From assembly GCA_965228775.1 (NCBI GenBank), contig OZ245840.1, positions 2,760,434-2,824,433 of the forward strand: DNA of 64,000 nt, written 5' to 3'. The DNA comes from Alphaproteobacteria bacterium (lineage in GTDB: Bacteria > Pseudomonadota > Alphaproteobacteria > JANQMY01). Below the pieces are notes generated by a model that was not told where the DNA came from, did no database searches, and saw only the letters and a list, made by a program, of their open reading frames with translations. Within the stretch, counting starts at the first letter, position 1. Each line of letters opens with the position of its first letter. The translations under genes and the position numbers were made by a program. Positions 25,990 through 35,706 of the stretch are shown here, one piece after another.

Positions 25990-28755
25990 TTACCCGTCGG
26001 CCCTGGCGCTCTCAATTTTGATGATCACTTCGTTTTCATCAAGCTCTTCCGTCCTGACGATGACGTCACCGCTGCTGGACATGTCGCTTGTCGCGCCGTT
26101 CTCGGCACCGTCCGCGTCGTACAGTCCTGTTTGGTCGACAGACTCCTCTGGCGCGTCTCTTAAAGCGGCCTGTAGAGGATTGAACGCCCCATCAGACCCG
26201 CCTGCCGTGACACCACCGGCGGCATGGGGTGGGGCGTATTCATCAAGCTGATCGACCGAGTCCTCTGGCCCGACCGCCAAGTTGCCGCCCGCCACATCGT
26301 CCGGCTTCTCTTCGATTACGTTTGGAACGGAGCTTTTAGACCCCAATTTTAAGACATCGTTACTCTCTTTGTCCGAACGGGCGTTATCCACTTCCTCATG
26401 GATCTTGTCGAAAGCCTCGGCTTCATTGAATTGCTCCATGAACGCGGCCAAGTTAAACGCCCTCGATTCTCGGAAGTCCTTACCGCCAGGCTTGCCTATA
26501 TAGAGGTCCATATCGTCCGCTTCATTTACGTCAATGTTATCGACAAAGTCTGCGAACGGCCCTTCCAAATAGTCGTCTCTGATGGCATCAGCTGGATCGA
26601 ACGTCACCGACGGCCTGAAATCTCTGCCAGAATAATTTGGGCCGAAGTCCGCAAGGCCCCCGCCTATGGCGACATCAGCGCCCTCGCTGCCATCTTCGGA
26701 ACCACCTGCCGTGACGCCGTGCCCGGCTGAGGGCTGAGCATTTACATCCTCTTCATCGACCGGTTCCAAGACATTGCTAACTGAAGGATCAACTAACACT
26801 CCAGTCTCAGAGTACTCTGCCTGCATCGACCCGAAAGATTTTTCCCGCACCAATTGTCCCATTGCAGCCTGTGCATGATGGCGGTTAGGCACGCTCATCA
26901 GCGCCGGGTAGTGAAGAAGCAAGAGCGCGATGCGCTGCTCTCTTAATTCCTCCAGTTGCGTATCAATGTCAGTATTGTGGACTTCGCCGAGTATTTTTTG
27001 GCGGCGCTTTATCGTACGGGCAAGGTAGTCGTTATCTTCGATCGCTTGCTTGACCTGTTTTCGAAACTCAAAAACCTGCCTTCTCTCATGCTTATCTCGT
27101 TCCTTGGGGCCTTTTTTGACCAGCCCCTCATATTTGGCCCAGTCATCTTTAATTTTGAGAGTTCTCTCATTGTGATCGTTTATGACGCTTTCAAAACCGC
27201 TTTGACCGGTTGAATCCGCCTGGAACAATATGTGCGGCGTAGCCATCGTCTGTTGGAGCCCTTTGTTTATGCGGGATCCAAAATTGCTTTCACCCCGCCG
27301 CTTCGGCATCTCAGACAAACTAACCAGGAGAGGGGGTGGCTGTTGTGTTTTGTACTTGGCGGTCTGCACCGGAGAACAAAATGCTTTCGCCAAATCGAGC
27401 GTTTCCAGGCAAAAATCCTCCGCGATTCCATAGGTCTTCCAAACGGCATCGCTGGGCGTGACGCGGCGCTTGCCATCTTCATCTCTGTGCAGATCAAAAA
27501 GCGCCGCCACGGCCTTATCCATGTCCTTGGCATTCTTGACCAGCGCATCGTATATGAACCGCCGTTTATCGATGTGCGTTAAATCATCCGGATAGGACAA
27601 CTTTTCCAACTGACCAAGAAGGCGCTTATTCTCTTGCGCAACATTCTGGATTTGCGCCATCAGGTTCGTGCATTCCTGCTGGAACGTCTGCGCGCCAAAA
27701 GCCCCTAACTGGCTTTGAAGTTTCCTTTCTTCAGCGGTGTCAAACAACTTCCCTTCTTGCTCAAGAAGCTCCGTCCAAACAGTGGAAAGGCGCTCTGCAC
27801 TGGCTCTAATGGTTTCCGGAAGACGCGCGTCGCGTATCACCGCTGCGGTTCTGCTCGGCCAAATTTTCCGGCTTTGTAGTGTTTCGCGGACCTTTTCAGC
27901 GTTCGTCTCAGACATGCCACCGTTAATGTAGGTTTTTTCCTGGCGGCTTTTTACATTGATTGATTGATTGTCTCGGTTTCCGTTGTTTGCCGTTTCTATA
28001 AAGCACGTCCGATGCCCTACATTGCGGAGTACGGTTTGCGCGAGCTGCACAGCGTCTTTCTGAATCCCTTCTTTGTTCAGTACGTAAGCCACTTTTCCAA
28101 GTTCTTTGGAACGCGTACGCAGATAGTCATCGCAAATAGCCTGGCAGAGATTATCGGTCTCTGCGACCATCACCTTCTCGGTTTTTCTGCCATGCATATA
28201 GCGCACGCTCGGTGACCACTGGTGATGCGCGGCTTCAGCCCCCCTGCCCATGTATGTTTCCAGCCGTTCTTGAAGCGTACCAAGATCCTGAATGCGAAGC
28301 TCTAGCTTGGCGGCTCTGGCCTCTACCCTTCGGCGAAGTTCACCCTCTTCTAGATCTGCGCCGCCCGGCTCATTACGAATTTCGTTTCGCGCACGTTCCG
28401 TCAGCACTTCATCGACGACAAACTCCCCGATCGGCTTATTGAGTTTGTTTTCCTCATGGTCAGGGACTTGATAGTCATAGCCAAAGTTGATGCAACGGGC
28501 GATGTCCTCGCGCGCGCCCAAAAACTTCTTACCGCGCAACCAAACGCCGCTGCCGAACATTGTGTTATTGCTCGTGTTCCTGATGCCGTCCTTCGCATAA
28601 AGGCCTTTTTCCGCCGTCCAGCGCAATGCAGAGTTCTTGCTGAGACCGCCCTCCTTCGCCTTGCTTTCCAGTTCCTGTTTAATTTGCGAGAAGGTCTTCC
28701 CAGTTGTTTGGACACCATCTGTCTTTGCCGGACCAATTCTGAAGGAAAGTTTCAT
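25990..28755 (-). CDS. Large hypothetical protein (about 921 aa). N-terminal half is lower-GC and helical; C-terminal roughly 300 aa is highly acidic, GC-rich and low-complexity, with repeated GVTAGGS[E/D]DG motifs
   Basis: AGGAG 9 nt upstream of the ATG at 28755 (MKLSFRIGPAKTDGVQTTGK...). No confident domain match by eye. The N-terminus is faintly reminiscent of relaxase motif I (xRIxPxxGxxTxxQIxxxLE), but the catalytic Tyr and His triad are not evident. Confidence 0.6.
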   Translation of the reverse strand: MKLSFRIGPAKTDGVQTTGKTFSQIKQELESKAKEGGLSKNSALRWTAEKGLYAKDGIRNTSNNTMFGSGVWLRGKKFLGAREDIARCINFGYDYQVPDHEENKLNKPIGEFVVDEVLTERARNEIRNEPGGADLEEGELRRRVEARAAKLELRIQDLGTLQERLETYMGRGAEAAHHQWSPSVRYMHGRKTEKVMVAETDNLCQAICDDYLRTRSKELGKVAYVLNKEGIQKDAVQLAQTVLRNVGHRTCFIETANNGNRDNQSINVKSRQEKTYINGGMSETNAEKVRETLQSRKIWPSRTAAVIRDARLPETIRASAERLSTVWTELLEQEGKLFDTAEERKLQSQLGAFGAQTFQQECTNLMAQIQNVAQENKRLLGQLEKLSYPDDLTHIDKRRFIYDALVKNAKDMDKAVAALFDLHRDEDGKRRVTPSDAVWKTYGIAEDFCLETLDLAKAFCSPVQTAKYKTQQPPPLLVSLSEMPKRRGESNFGSRINKGLQQTMATPHILFQADSTGQSGFESVINDHNERTLKIKDDWAKYEGLVKKGPKERDKHERRQVFEFRKQVKQAIEDNDYLARTIKRRQKILGEVHNTDIDTQLEELREQRIALLLLHYPALMSVPNRHHAQAAMGQLVREKSFGSMQAEYSETGVLVDPSVSNVLEPVDEEDVNAQPSAGHGVTAGGSEDGSEGADVAIGGGLADFGPNYSGRDFRPSVTFDPADAIRDDYLEGPFADFVDNIDVNEADDMDLYIGKPGGKDFRESRAFNLAAFMEQFNEAEAFDKIHEEVDNARSDKESNDVLKLGSKSSVPNVIEEKPDDVAGGNLAVGPEDSVDQLDEYAPPHAAGGVTAGGSDGAFNPLQAALRDAPEESVDQTGLYDADGAENGATSDMSSSGDVIVRTEELDENEVIIKIESARADG

Positions 28756-29221
28756 TACAAGGACTCCTGGATACAATTCTGTTTGCGGCGGACACATCGC
28801 ACGTGGTTAGGAAATCGCTCCCATGATCGGCGAATCCCGTTAGAATTTTCTCTGGATTGATTGCATGACAGTCTCACGCGAACGAATTCGCCGCGATTCG
28901 CGGCGCGACGAACGATGAGGCAAGACGGGCCAGCTATTGGTCCAGTGGACCAATCACGCCTTTAGCCGCCCAGGACCCTAAAGCGTTCCGGGCTGTCTCC
29001 TTCTTTCCATGCTCACGCGTCGCAAGATTGAGAGGGATTGCAGCGTATCTGCGGCATTTCACCAAACACGCCAAAGAGCAGAATTGGTTCGCTGTACACT
29101 GAGTTTTACATTTCCCTTTTGCCAAGCCGAAGGATTGAAAAGGAACTCGGTTCGGCCTAGGGCGAAACTCTCGTCGCAAAATTGATGATTTCCGGCACCC
29201 AGATGATGCGTCTAAAGAGGG

Positions 29222-30001
29222 TCAACCAGCCTCGTCGTAAGCGGGCACATCATCTTTCAATAACCGGTCCACAATTGAAGCCGGAAGAACACGAGCTAAT
29301 TGGGCCAGCTTCGCCATACGCCAAGGGAAGAAGTATTCTGATTTCCCTTTCTTCATGGCCTTAACGATGTGCGCGGCACCTGCTTCTTCCGAGATTTCGT
29401 TGGGGGCGGGCATCCCGTCGTTTGCGGTCGCTTCGGTTGCGACAAAACCCGGGTAAATCGTTATGAATTTGATCCCGAACTCTGCAAACTCTAACCGACA
29501 TGTATCCAGCAACAGTTTGGCCGCCCCTTTGCCTGCGCAATACGGCCCTTGAAGCGGAACGCCGATCAGTCCAGCCAGCGAATTGGTGTGGACAACACAA
29601 CCGCTTTTTCGCCGCTTCATATGTTCGAGCGTGGGAAACAAATAATTGACGACGATATCATAGTTGGATCGCATAAACGCTTTGACGTCACCCGCCGACA
29701 TATGACGCATGTCGAGCGCGGGCGCCCCACCGGCGTTCAAAAGAAGAGTGTCGATTACTCCGAACTTCTCTAGCGTTTTTTCGACCACATCGGCCGCTGC
29801 CTCTTCTTGCATCGCATCAGCCGCAAAGAAGCAGGACTCGCCGCCTGCGGCGTTAATCTCCTGACACAGCTCGGCAAGCTTTTCCGAACGCCGCGCGGTC
29901 AGCGCCAGCTTTGCTCCTTCGGCACCGAGCTGTTTGGCAACCAATCGTCCCATACCTGAAGACGCGCCAACGATCAGAACCGACCTTCCTGCAAAATTCA
30001 T
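29222..30001 (-). CDS. SDR-family oxidoreductase (short-chain dehydrogenase/reductase)
   Basis: GGAGG 11 nt upstream of the ATG at 30001 (MNFAGRSVLIVGASSGMGR). TGxxxGxG cofactor motif, NAG motif (LLLNAGG) and catalytic YxxxK (YCAGKGAAK). Confidence 0.8.
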   Translation of the reverse strand: MNFAGRSVLIVGASSGMGRLVAKQLGAEGAKLALTARRSEKLAELCQEINAAGGESCFFAADAMQEEAAADVVEKTLEKFGVIDTLLLNAGGAPALDMRHMSAGDVKAFMRSNYDIVVNYLFPTLEHMKRRKSGCVVHTNSLAGLIGVPLQGPYCAGKGAAKLLLDTCRLEFAEFGIKFITIYPGFVATEATANDGMPAPNEISEEAGAAHIVKAMKKGKSEYFFPWRMAKLAQLARVLPASIVDRLLKDDVPAYDEAG

Positions 30002-30037
30002 ATCCAGACAGCCTCCATGCACTGCTCGCACACTCTA

Positions 30038-30097
30038 TTACGATAGTATTGGCTATCTTTTTTCAGATTACAATAGTATTCGCTATATTTTTTTATC
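30038..30097. repeat. Two tandem imperfect 30-bp AT-rich direct repeats (TTACGATAGTATTGGCTATCTTTTTTCAGA / TTACAATAGTATTCGCTATATTTTTTTATC)
   Basis: Seen directly, immediately upstream of the SDR start. Confidence 0.5.
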
Positions 30098-30228
30098 AAG
30101 CACCCGACGAATCCATGCGAGCTTTGATGGTCCGCTCGGCGAGTATGACGAAAGTAGCTTCACCTCTTTGATCAACGCTCGGAAGCACTGATTTTATGTG
30201 GGCAGTTACAACACGAAATTTGCGTGCT

Positions 30229-30306
30229 CCAGGCGCAGCGTCGCGTAGGTGACCGCCGGGATCAGCATCAACAGGCCGATGATTTGAAGGATTATTCGGA
30301 TCAATT
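30229..30306 (-). pseudogene. Truncated paralogous copy of the 5' end (about 28 codons plus ribosome-binding site) of gene 24963-25496; reading frame ends after LIRIILQIIGLLMLIPAVTYATLRLEHAN-FVL*
   Basis: About 80% nucleotide identity over roughly 100 bp between 25421-25520 and 30229-30330, including the GGGGAG site. Similarity stops abruptly at 30229. Confidence 0.5.
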
Positions 30307-30413
30307 GTCCGAACTCCCCTTTTTCGCCGGAGAGTAGCCGCGTTCAGCGCCTCTCTCGATCAAGCGTTGATGACATGATGGCCCGGAGGCGGTGCGATTT
30401 CGTTGGTTTTCGG

Positions 30414-30433
30414 TGAAATCTGGAGCGGGCGAT
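30414..30433. repeat. 20-bp direct repeat (GAAATCTGGAGCGGGCGATG) duplicating the 3' end of tRNA-Gly (second copy at 30524-30543); att-site-like scar
   Basis: Exact 20-bp identity seen directly, 110 bp from the tRNA 3' end. Confidence 0.45.
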
Positions 30434-30531
30434 GGGGTGAGGCGGGTGAGCGGTTGGCCCGGGGCACCAATCGACCGCCGAACGAACCCAGGACGCGATC
30501 CTTGGCAACCACCGGAAAGGTTTTAGAAATC

Positions 30532-30606
30532 TGGAGCGGGCGATGAGATTCGAACTCACGACCCCAACCTTGGCAAGGTTGTGCTCTACCCCTGAGCTAC
30601 GCCCGC
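30532..30606 (-). tRNA. tRNA-Gly (anticodon GCC), CCA encoded
   Basis: Hand-folded cloverleaf: acceptor GCGGGCG/CGCCCGC, D-arm GCTC-AGGGGTA-GAGC, anticodon stem CAACC/GGTTG with loop TTGCCAA, T-arm GTGAG-TTCGAAT-CTCAT, discriminator T, CCA. Confidence 0.9.
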
Positions 30607-30715
30607 GCTCCGATGCGGTGGTCCGTTAACCAGAGAAGTGCCGGTTCGGACAGAAGGCCGCCGTTATTGCGCAAAGACATGCTTAATGCAAGAAGTCTTT
30701 GTTGAATTGGCTAAG

Positions 30716-30788
30716 CCATCCCACTCCCCCGGCCCAGCCACCCGTTCCAGGGTACCCTTGGGGTGGTTGGGCCGGGGGAGTGGGATGG
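30716..30788. repeat. REP-like palindromic element, family copy 1 (CCATCCCACTCCCCCGGCCCAGCCACCC...GGGTGGTTGGGCCGGGGGAGTGGGATGG)
   Basis: Long near-perfect inverted repeat; related copies at about 41086-41155 and 42256-42326. Confidence 0.6.
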
Positions 30789-30848
30789 TGAAGGACCCCA
30801 ACAATACCCAACATACCCAAAGATTTCGTTGAGAGTGCCGCTTCCTTT

Positions 30849-31361
30849 ATGCCCGCCACCCCTGAAGATCTGTTGGCCCTGCTGGATGAGCTGGGCATTG
30901 CGCATCACACGCTGCACCATGAACCGGCCCATACGGTGGAAGACGCCAAGCGTTTGCGCGGGCCGCTGGACGGGCAACACACCAAAAACCTGTTCGTGCG
31001 CGACAAAAAACGGAACCTCTTTCTGATTACCCTGCGGGAGGACCGCCAGGTGCATCTGCCGGATTTGTCCAAAGCACTTGGGGCGAAAGGCCGGTTTTCC
31101 TTCGGCAAGGAAGAACTTTTGATGGAGGCGCTGGGTGTACCGCCAGGCTCGGTCACGCCCTTTTCCATCATGAATGATGCGGAACGGCGCGTGACCCTTG
31201 TGCTGGATGCGGGCTTTCGCGGACCGGAAATGCTCTACTTCCACCCGCTCAAAAACGACAGGACAACCGGCATCAGTTTTGACGGATTTGCTAGGTTTCT
31301 GGCGCATTGCGGGGTCACACCGACCTTCGTAGATTTCGGCACCCTTGCCATCGTCGGCTGA
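30849..31361 (+). CDS. YbaK/ProX-family aminoacyl-tRNA deacylase (prolyl-tRNA editing domain protein)
   Basis: 170 aa with a ProX/YbaK-like pattern (HTLHHEPAHTVEDAKRLRGPLDGQHTKNLFVRDKKRNLFLI...GSVTPF). Confidence 0.65.
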   Translation: MPATPEDLLALLDELGIAHHTLHHEPAHTVEDAKRLRGPLDGQHTKNLFVRDKKRNLFLITLREDRQVHLPDLSKALGAKGRFSFGKEELLMEALGVPPGSVTPFSIMNDAERRVTLVLDAGFRGPEMLYFHPLKNDRTTGISFDGFARFLAHCGVTPTFVDFGTLAIVG

Positions 31362-31444
31362 CGTCATTGACTGGAAGCGGCAAATGTCTTCTTTGTCGGG
31401 CAAAACACCCTATGTTCTCCAAAGGGAATGATTAAGGAACGGCC

Positions 31445-32362
31445 ATGGAAACCATCATTGGACAAGCGGGCGGCGCGGATGCCGCAGGCGATCAAGACCT
31501 CATCAAAGACACGTCGGTGGAAACATTCGCCGCGGACGTACTGGAGGCATCCACTCAGACGCCTGTAATCGTAGATTTCTGGGCGCCGTGGTGCGGGCCC
31601 TGCAAGCAACTGACGCCCATTCTGGAAAAAGTGGTGAAGGCCGCCCGCGGCGCGGTGCGCATGGTGAAAATTAACATCGACGAAAACCAGCAGATCGCCG
31701 CTCAGCTGCGCATTCAATCGATCCCCGCGGTCTTCGCCTTCAAAAACGGCCAGCCGGTGGACGGCTTCATGGGGGCGCTGCCGGAATCTCAGGTACGCAC
31801 ATTCGTCGAACGCCTGACGGGAGATTTGGGGCCGTCGCCGATCGACCAGATCTTGGAGCAGGCAACCCAATTATTTGAAGCAGGCGATATGGCGCAAGCG
31901 GCCCAAGCCTATGCCGCCATTTTGCAGGAAGATGCCGGCAACGCGGCCGCCATTGGCGGGCTTGCCAAATGCTATATTGCCACCGGCGATTTGGAGCGGG
32001 CGGAACAGACTTTGGCGCTCGCACCGCCAGAAGCGCAAAACGACCCCGCTATTCAAAGCGCGCAGGCTGCCCTGAAACTTGGCGAACAATCCAGCAATGC
32101 CGGCGAGCTTGCGCCCTTGCGCCAGAAGGTCGAGGCCAACCCGAAAGATCATGAAGCGCGCTACGAACTGGCCATGGCATTGAATGCGGCCGGCGAGCGG
32201 GAAGGGGCCGTGACCGAATTACTGGAAATCGTCCGCATGGATCGTAATTGGAATGACGAAGCGGCGCGCAAACAATTGCTCACTTTGTTCGAGGCGTTCG
32301 GGCCGACCGACGAAGTAACCTTGAGCGGACGCCGCCAGCTTTCTTCAATCTTGTTCTCGTGA
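31445..32362 (+). CDS. ybbN: Thioredoxin-domain plus TPR co-chaperone (YbbN/CnoX family)
   Basis: Thioredoxin active site WAPWCGPCKQL followed by TPR-like C-terminal repeats. Confidence 0.75.
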   Translation: METIIGQAGGADAAGDQDLIKDTSVETFAADVLEASTQTPVIVDFWAPWCGPCKQLTPILEKVVKAARGAVRMVKINIDENQQIAAQLRIQSIPAVFAFKNGQPVDGFMGALPESQVRTFVERLTGDLGPSPIDQILEQATQLFEAGDMAQAAQAYAAILQEDAGNAAAIGGLAKCYIATGDLERAEQTLALAPPEAQNDPAIQSAQAALKLGEQSSNAGELAPLRQKVEANPKDHEARYELAMALNAAGEREGAVTELLEIVRMDRNWNDEAARKQLLTLFEAFGPTDEVTLSGRRQLSSILFS

Positions 32363-32380
32363 ACCACGGAGACCAACCGC

Positions 32381-33067
32381 ATGACCCAACGGGCAAGCGC
32401 CGGGCCGAAGCATTATCATCATCTCCATGAACTACCGGAGATGGTGTCGATCTTTCCGCTAACCGGCGCATTATTGCTGCCCCGCGGCTCGCTGCCGCTG
32501 AACATTTTCGAACCGCGCTATTTGGCGATGATCGACGAAGCCCTGTCATCGCCGCACCGGATGATCGGCATGATTCAGCCGGAAGCAGGTGCCGAGGATG
32601 ATGACATCCCCGAGGTCTACAGCACAGGCTGCGCGGGGCGTATCACCTCGTTTAACGAGACGGAAGACGGGCGCTATTTGATCAGCCTGACAGGTGTGTG
32701 CCGGTTCCACATTGATCAGGAGGTTGTGAATGACCGGCCGTTCCGCCAAGCGGAGATCAATTTCAGCCCCTATGAGGGCGACCTAACGCCGCTGACCGAC
32801 GAAGCGCGGCTCGACCGGGAACATTTGTTGTCAGCCCTGCGGGTTTATTTACAGGCCCAGAGTCTGAAAGCCGATTGGGAATCGATCGAACACGCCCCGG
32901 CGGAGACATTGATCAACTCGCTGTGCATGATCTGCCCGTTCGATCCATCCGAAAAGCAGGCGCTTCTGGAAGCGCGCAGCGTGGAAGAGCGGGCGCAAAC
33001 CCTGATTGCGCTGATTGAAATGGCAAGCGTCGACATGCCGGGTGGCCCCGGCTCGTCACTGCAGTAG
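32381..33067 (+). CDS. LON N-terminal substrate-binding domain protein
   Basis: [28 protein letters not shown] is the canonical Lon N-domain start; no ATPase or protease part follows. Confidence 0.7.
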   Translation: MTQRASAGPKHYHHLHELPEMVSIFPLTGALLLPRGSLPLNIFEPRYLAMIDEALSSPHRMIGMIQPEAGAEDDDIPEVYSTGCAGRITSFNETEDGRYLISLTGVCRFHIDQEVVNDRPFRQAEINFSPYEGDLTPLTDEARLDREHLLSALRVYLQAQSLKADWESIEHAPAETLINSLCMICPFDPSEKQALLEARSVEERAQTLIALIEMASVDMPGGPGSSLQ

Positions 33068-33084
33068 GAAGAATAAGAGGCCTC

Positions 33085-33291
33085 ATGTCCGACACAACGC
33101 TGGAAGTAGATCCGAAGCTTTTGGAAATACTCGTCTGCCCCCTGACGAAATCTCCCCTGCGCTACGAACGTGAACGGCAGGAATTGGTGTGTAAACAGTC
33201 AGGGCTGGCCTATCCCATTCGCGACGGCATTCCCATCATGCTGCCGGAAGAGGCACGGGAACTTTCCGACGAGGAAAAGAAGGCCTCATGA
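33085..33291 (+). CDS. Trm112-family small zinc-ribbon-like protein (UPF0434)
   Basis: 68 aa, [17 protein letters not shown]...[20 protein letters not shown] pattern. Confidence 0.7.
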   Translation: MSDTTLEVDPKLLEILVCPLTKSPLRYERERQELVCKQSGLAYPIRDGIPIMLPEEARELSDEEKKAS

Positions 33292-33662
33292 CCACAGGGC
33301 AGGCTGCCGATACACCGGCGCCCACAGAAATCCGCATACAGAAAGACCGCTCTGGCCTGGCCATTTCTTTCGATGATGGACAGTCATATGAATTGAGCGC
33401 GGAATATCTGCGCGTGGAAAGCCCCAGTGCGGAAGTGAAAGGACACAGCCCTTCACAAGCGGTCACCCTGGGCGGCAAGCGCCATGTCAAAATCGCCAAT
33501 GCGGAACCGGTGGGAAACTATGCGGTGCGCCTCATCTTCGATGACGGCCACAACACAGGGCTTTATTCCTGGTCACTGCTCTACCGGCTCGGCCGCGACC
33601 AGGAGTCAATTTGGCAGGACTACCTGGATCGGCTCGCAGCGCAAGGGAAGTCGCGCGAGTAA
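33288..33662 (+). CDS. DUF971-family protein (gamma-butyrobetaine hydroxylase-like N-terminal domain)
   Basis: Pattern [26 protein letters not shown]...[37 protein letters not shown]. Confidence 0.65.
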   Translation: MTTGQAADTPAPTEIRIQKDRSGLAISFDDGQSYELSAEYLRVESPSAEVKGHSPSQAVTLGGKRHVKIANAEPVGNYAVRLIFDDGHNTGLYSWSLLYRLGRDQESIWQDYLDRLAAQGKSRE

Positions 33663-33677
33663 ATCACATCCAATGTT

Positions 33678-33775
33678 GTCATTCTCGCGAAAGCGAGAAT
33701 CCAGTATTCTTTAGGGATAATTGCTAAAACTACTCACGATACGGATTACTGGATCCCCTCTTTCGAGGGGATGAC
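33678..33775. repeat. MITE-like hairpin element with terminal inverted repeats (GTCAT...ATCCAGTA / TACTGGAT...ATGAC), each arm containing its own stem-loop
   Basis: Seen directly in the intergenic region between DUF971 and the UbiH-family gene. Confidence 0.4.
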
Positions 33776-33789
33776 ATATTACGCTGGAT

Positions 33790-35040
33790 TCACAAGGGCT
33801 CGCCTCTCAAGAGTCGCGGCAAATCGCCCACCGCGCCGCCTGCATGGGACATGAAAAACCGCCGCAACGGCCCGATTTGTCCCACAGCGGCAAGGCCGAT
33901 GCCCCGCGCCAAACGCAATGGCGCGAAATCATTCGAGAACAGACGGTTGAGCACATCCGTAACGCCTGCCAGCAACACATTATCGAAGCGGCGCCACGTC
34001 TGATAGCGGGCAAGCACATCGGGTGCACCGATATCAAGGCCAAGACGCGCCGCATCGATCAATACCTCGGACAAGGCCGCCACATCGCGCAGGCCCATAT
34101 TGAAGCCTTGCCCCGCGATCGGATGGATCGCGTGGGCCGCATCGCCCACCAAAGCCAAACGCTGTGCGACATAGTCATGAGAAAGCTGAAGCCCAAGCGG
34201 ATAAGACCACCGGTTTCCCACAATGGACGCGTCACCCAAGAAAGAGCCGAAACGGTCCTTCATGGCGGCATCGAAATCCGCATCGCTCATCTCCATGAAA
34301 GCGGGCGTAAGGTCCGACCGCTCCGTCCAGACAAGCGAGGACCGGTTCTGAGTGAGCGGCAGAATGGCAAACGGGCCGGACGGCAGGAAATATTCGTGCG
34401 CCACACCTTCATGAGGCTGCGCGTGTTGCACAGTGGCGACGATGCCCGACTGATCATATGACCAGCCGATGGTCTTGAGACCTGCGGCCTGCCTTGTCCG
34501 TGAGTTCCGCCCATCGGCCGCGATACAAAGCCTCGCCTCAACCACTCTGCCATCAGCAAGCGATACGCGCACGCCATCGCGCTCATTTTCCACAGAGTCG
34601 ACGAAAACCGGCGCAAGCAAAGTCAGGTCGGCTTCCGCCGCCATTCCCTTTTGAAGGGCTACTCTCAAGTGGCGGTTTTCGATCATATGGCCCAGCGGCT
34701 CATCACCAATCTCTTCGTGATCGAAATGCAGGAACAAAGGCGCCGCGCCATTCCGCACCTGCCCGTCAGACACCACGATGTCGTTGATGGGCTGGGCATC
34801 TGGCGCTAGATCGTTCCAAAGGCCCAATTGCTGCAACATGCGGCAAGAGGCAAAAGCGACCGCCGAGGCGCGGCCATCGAATTCGGGCGCCACATGGGAT
34901 GCAGGCTCACCGGCGTCGATCACGATGGTAGAGAGGCCGCCGCTACTCAAGGCAAGCCCAAGGCTCGCCCCGACAAGGCCACCCCCCACGATCACAATGT
35001 CCGCTTTCAGAGCGTCCGCTTTTTGCCCTTCTGATGCCAT
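33790..35040 (-). CDS. UbiH/UbiF/VisC/COQ6-family FAD-dependent hydroxylase (ubiquinone biosynthesis)
   Basis: FAD GxGxxG DIVIVGGGLVGASLGLAL, DG motif and the C-terminal GDAAH.HP.AGQG.N motif. Start probably at MASEGQK (35040). Confidence 0.75.
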   Translation of the reverse strand: MASEGQKADALKADIVIVGGGLVGASLGLALSSGGLSTIVIDAGEPASHVAPEFDGRASAVAFASCRMLQQLGLWNDLAPDAQPINDIVVSDGQVRNGAAPLFLHFDHEEIGDEPLGHMIENRHLRVALQKGMAAEADLTLLAPVFVDSVENERDGVRVSLADGRVVEARLCIAADGRNSRTRQAAGLKTIGWSYDQSGIVATVQHAQPHEGVAHEYFLPSGPFAILPLTQNRSSLVWTERSDLTPAFMEMSDADFDAAMKDRFGSFLGDASIVGNRWSYPLGLQLSHDYVAQRLALVGDAAHAIHPIAGQGFNMGLRDVAALSEVLIDAARLGLDIGAPDVLARYQTWRRFDNVLLAGVTDVLNRLFSNDFAPLRLARGIGLAAVGQIGPLRRFFMSHAGGAVGDLPRLLRGEPL

Positions 35041-35138
35041 GAGAGGACTGTCTGCTTTGGCCCGAACCAAGTCAAAGGACCAAATGCCACGCGGCCACAC
35101 TCAGTCTGCTCAATTTTTGACCAAAGAAAGTGGTTTGA

Positions 35139-35696
<558 letters not shown>

Positions 35697-35706
35697 GAGA
35701 GGCAAG

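Noticed and set aside
25990-28797. Calling the 921-aa protein a VirD2/MobA-type relaxase
   Set aside because: Only a loose motif-I-like N-terminal pattern is visible. The catalytic Tyr and the HxDxxHxH metal-binding motif are not evident, and no T4SS or oriT-like nick site was seen, so it is left as hypothetical.
28934-29179. 81-aa ORF in the intergenic region between the SDR and the 921-aa gene
   Set aside because: No ribosome-binding site; Cys/Arg-rich composition typical of a random frame. The region more likely holds the promoter of the 921-aa gene.
30344-30559. 71-aa ORF adjacent to and overlapping the tRNA-Gly 3' flank
   Set aside because: It overlaps the tRNA and the att-like repeats, is Arg-rich and has no ribosome-binding site.
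30638-30898. ORFs 30638-30832 (+), 30683-30898 (-), 42239-42421 (+) and 42243-42452 (-) with proline/glycine/tryptophan-rich translations
   Set aside because: They are read-through translations of the palindromic REP-like repeats (the same peptide, VPLGWLGRGSG, appears on both strands), not genes.
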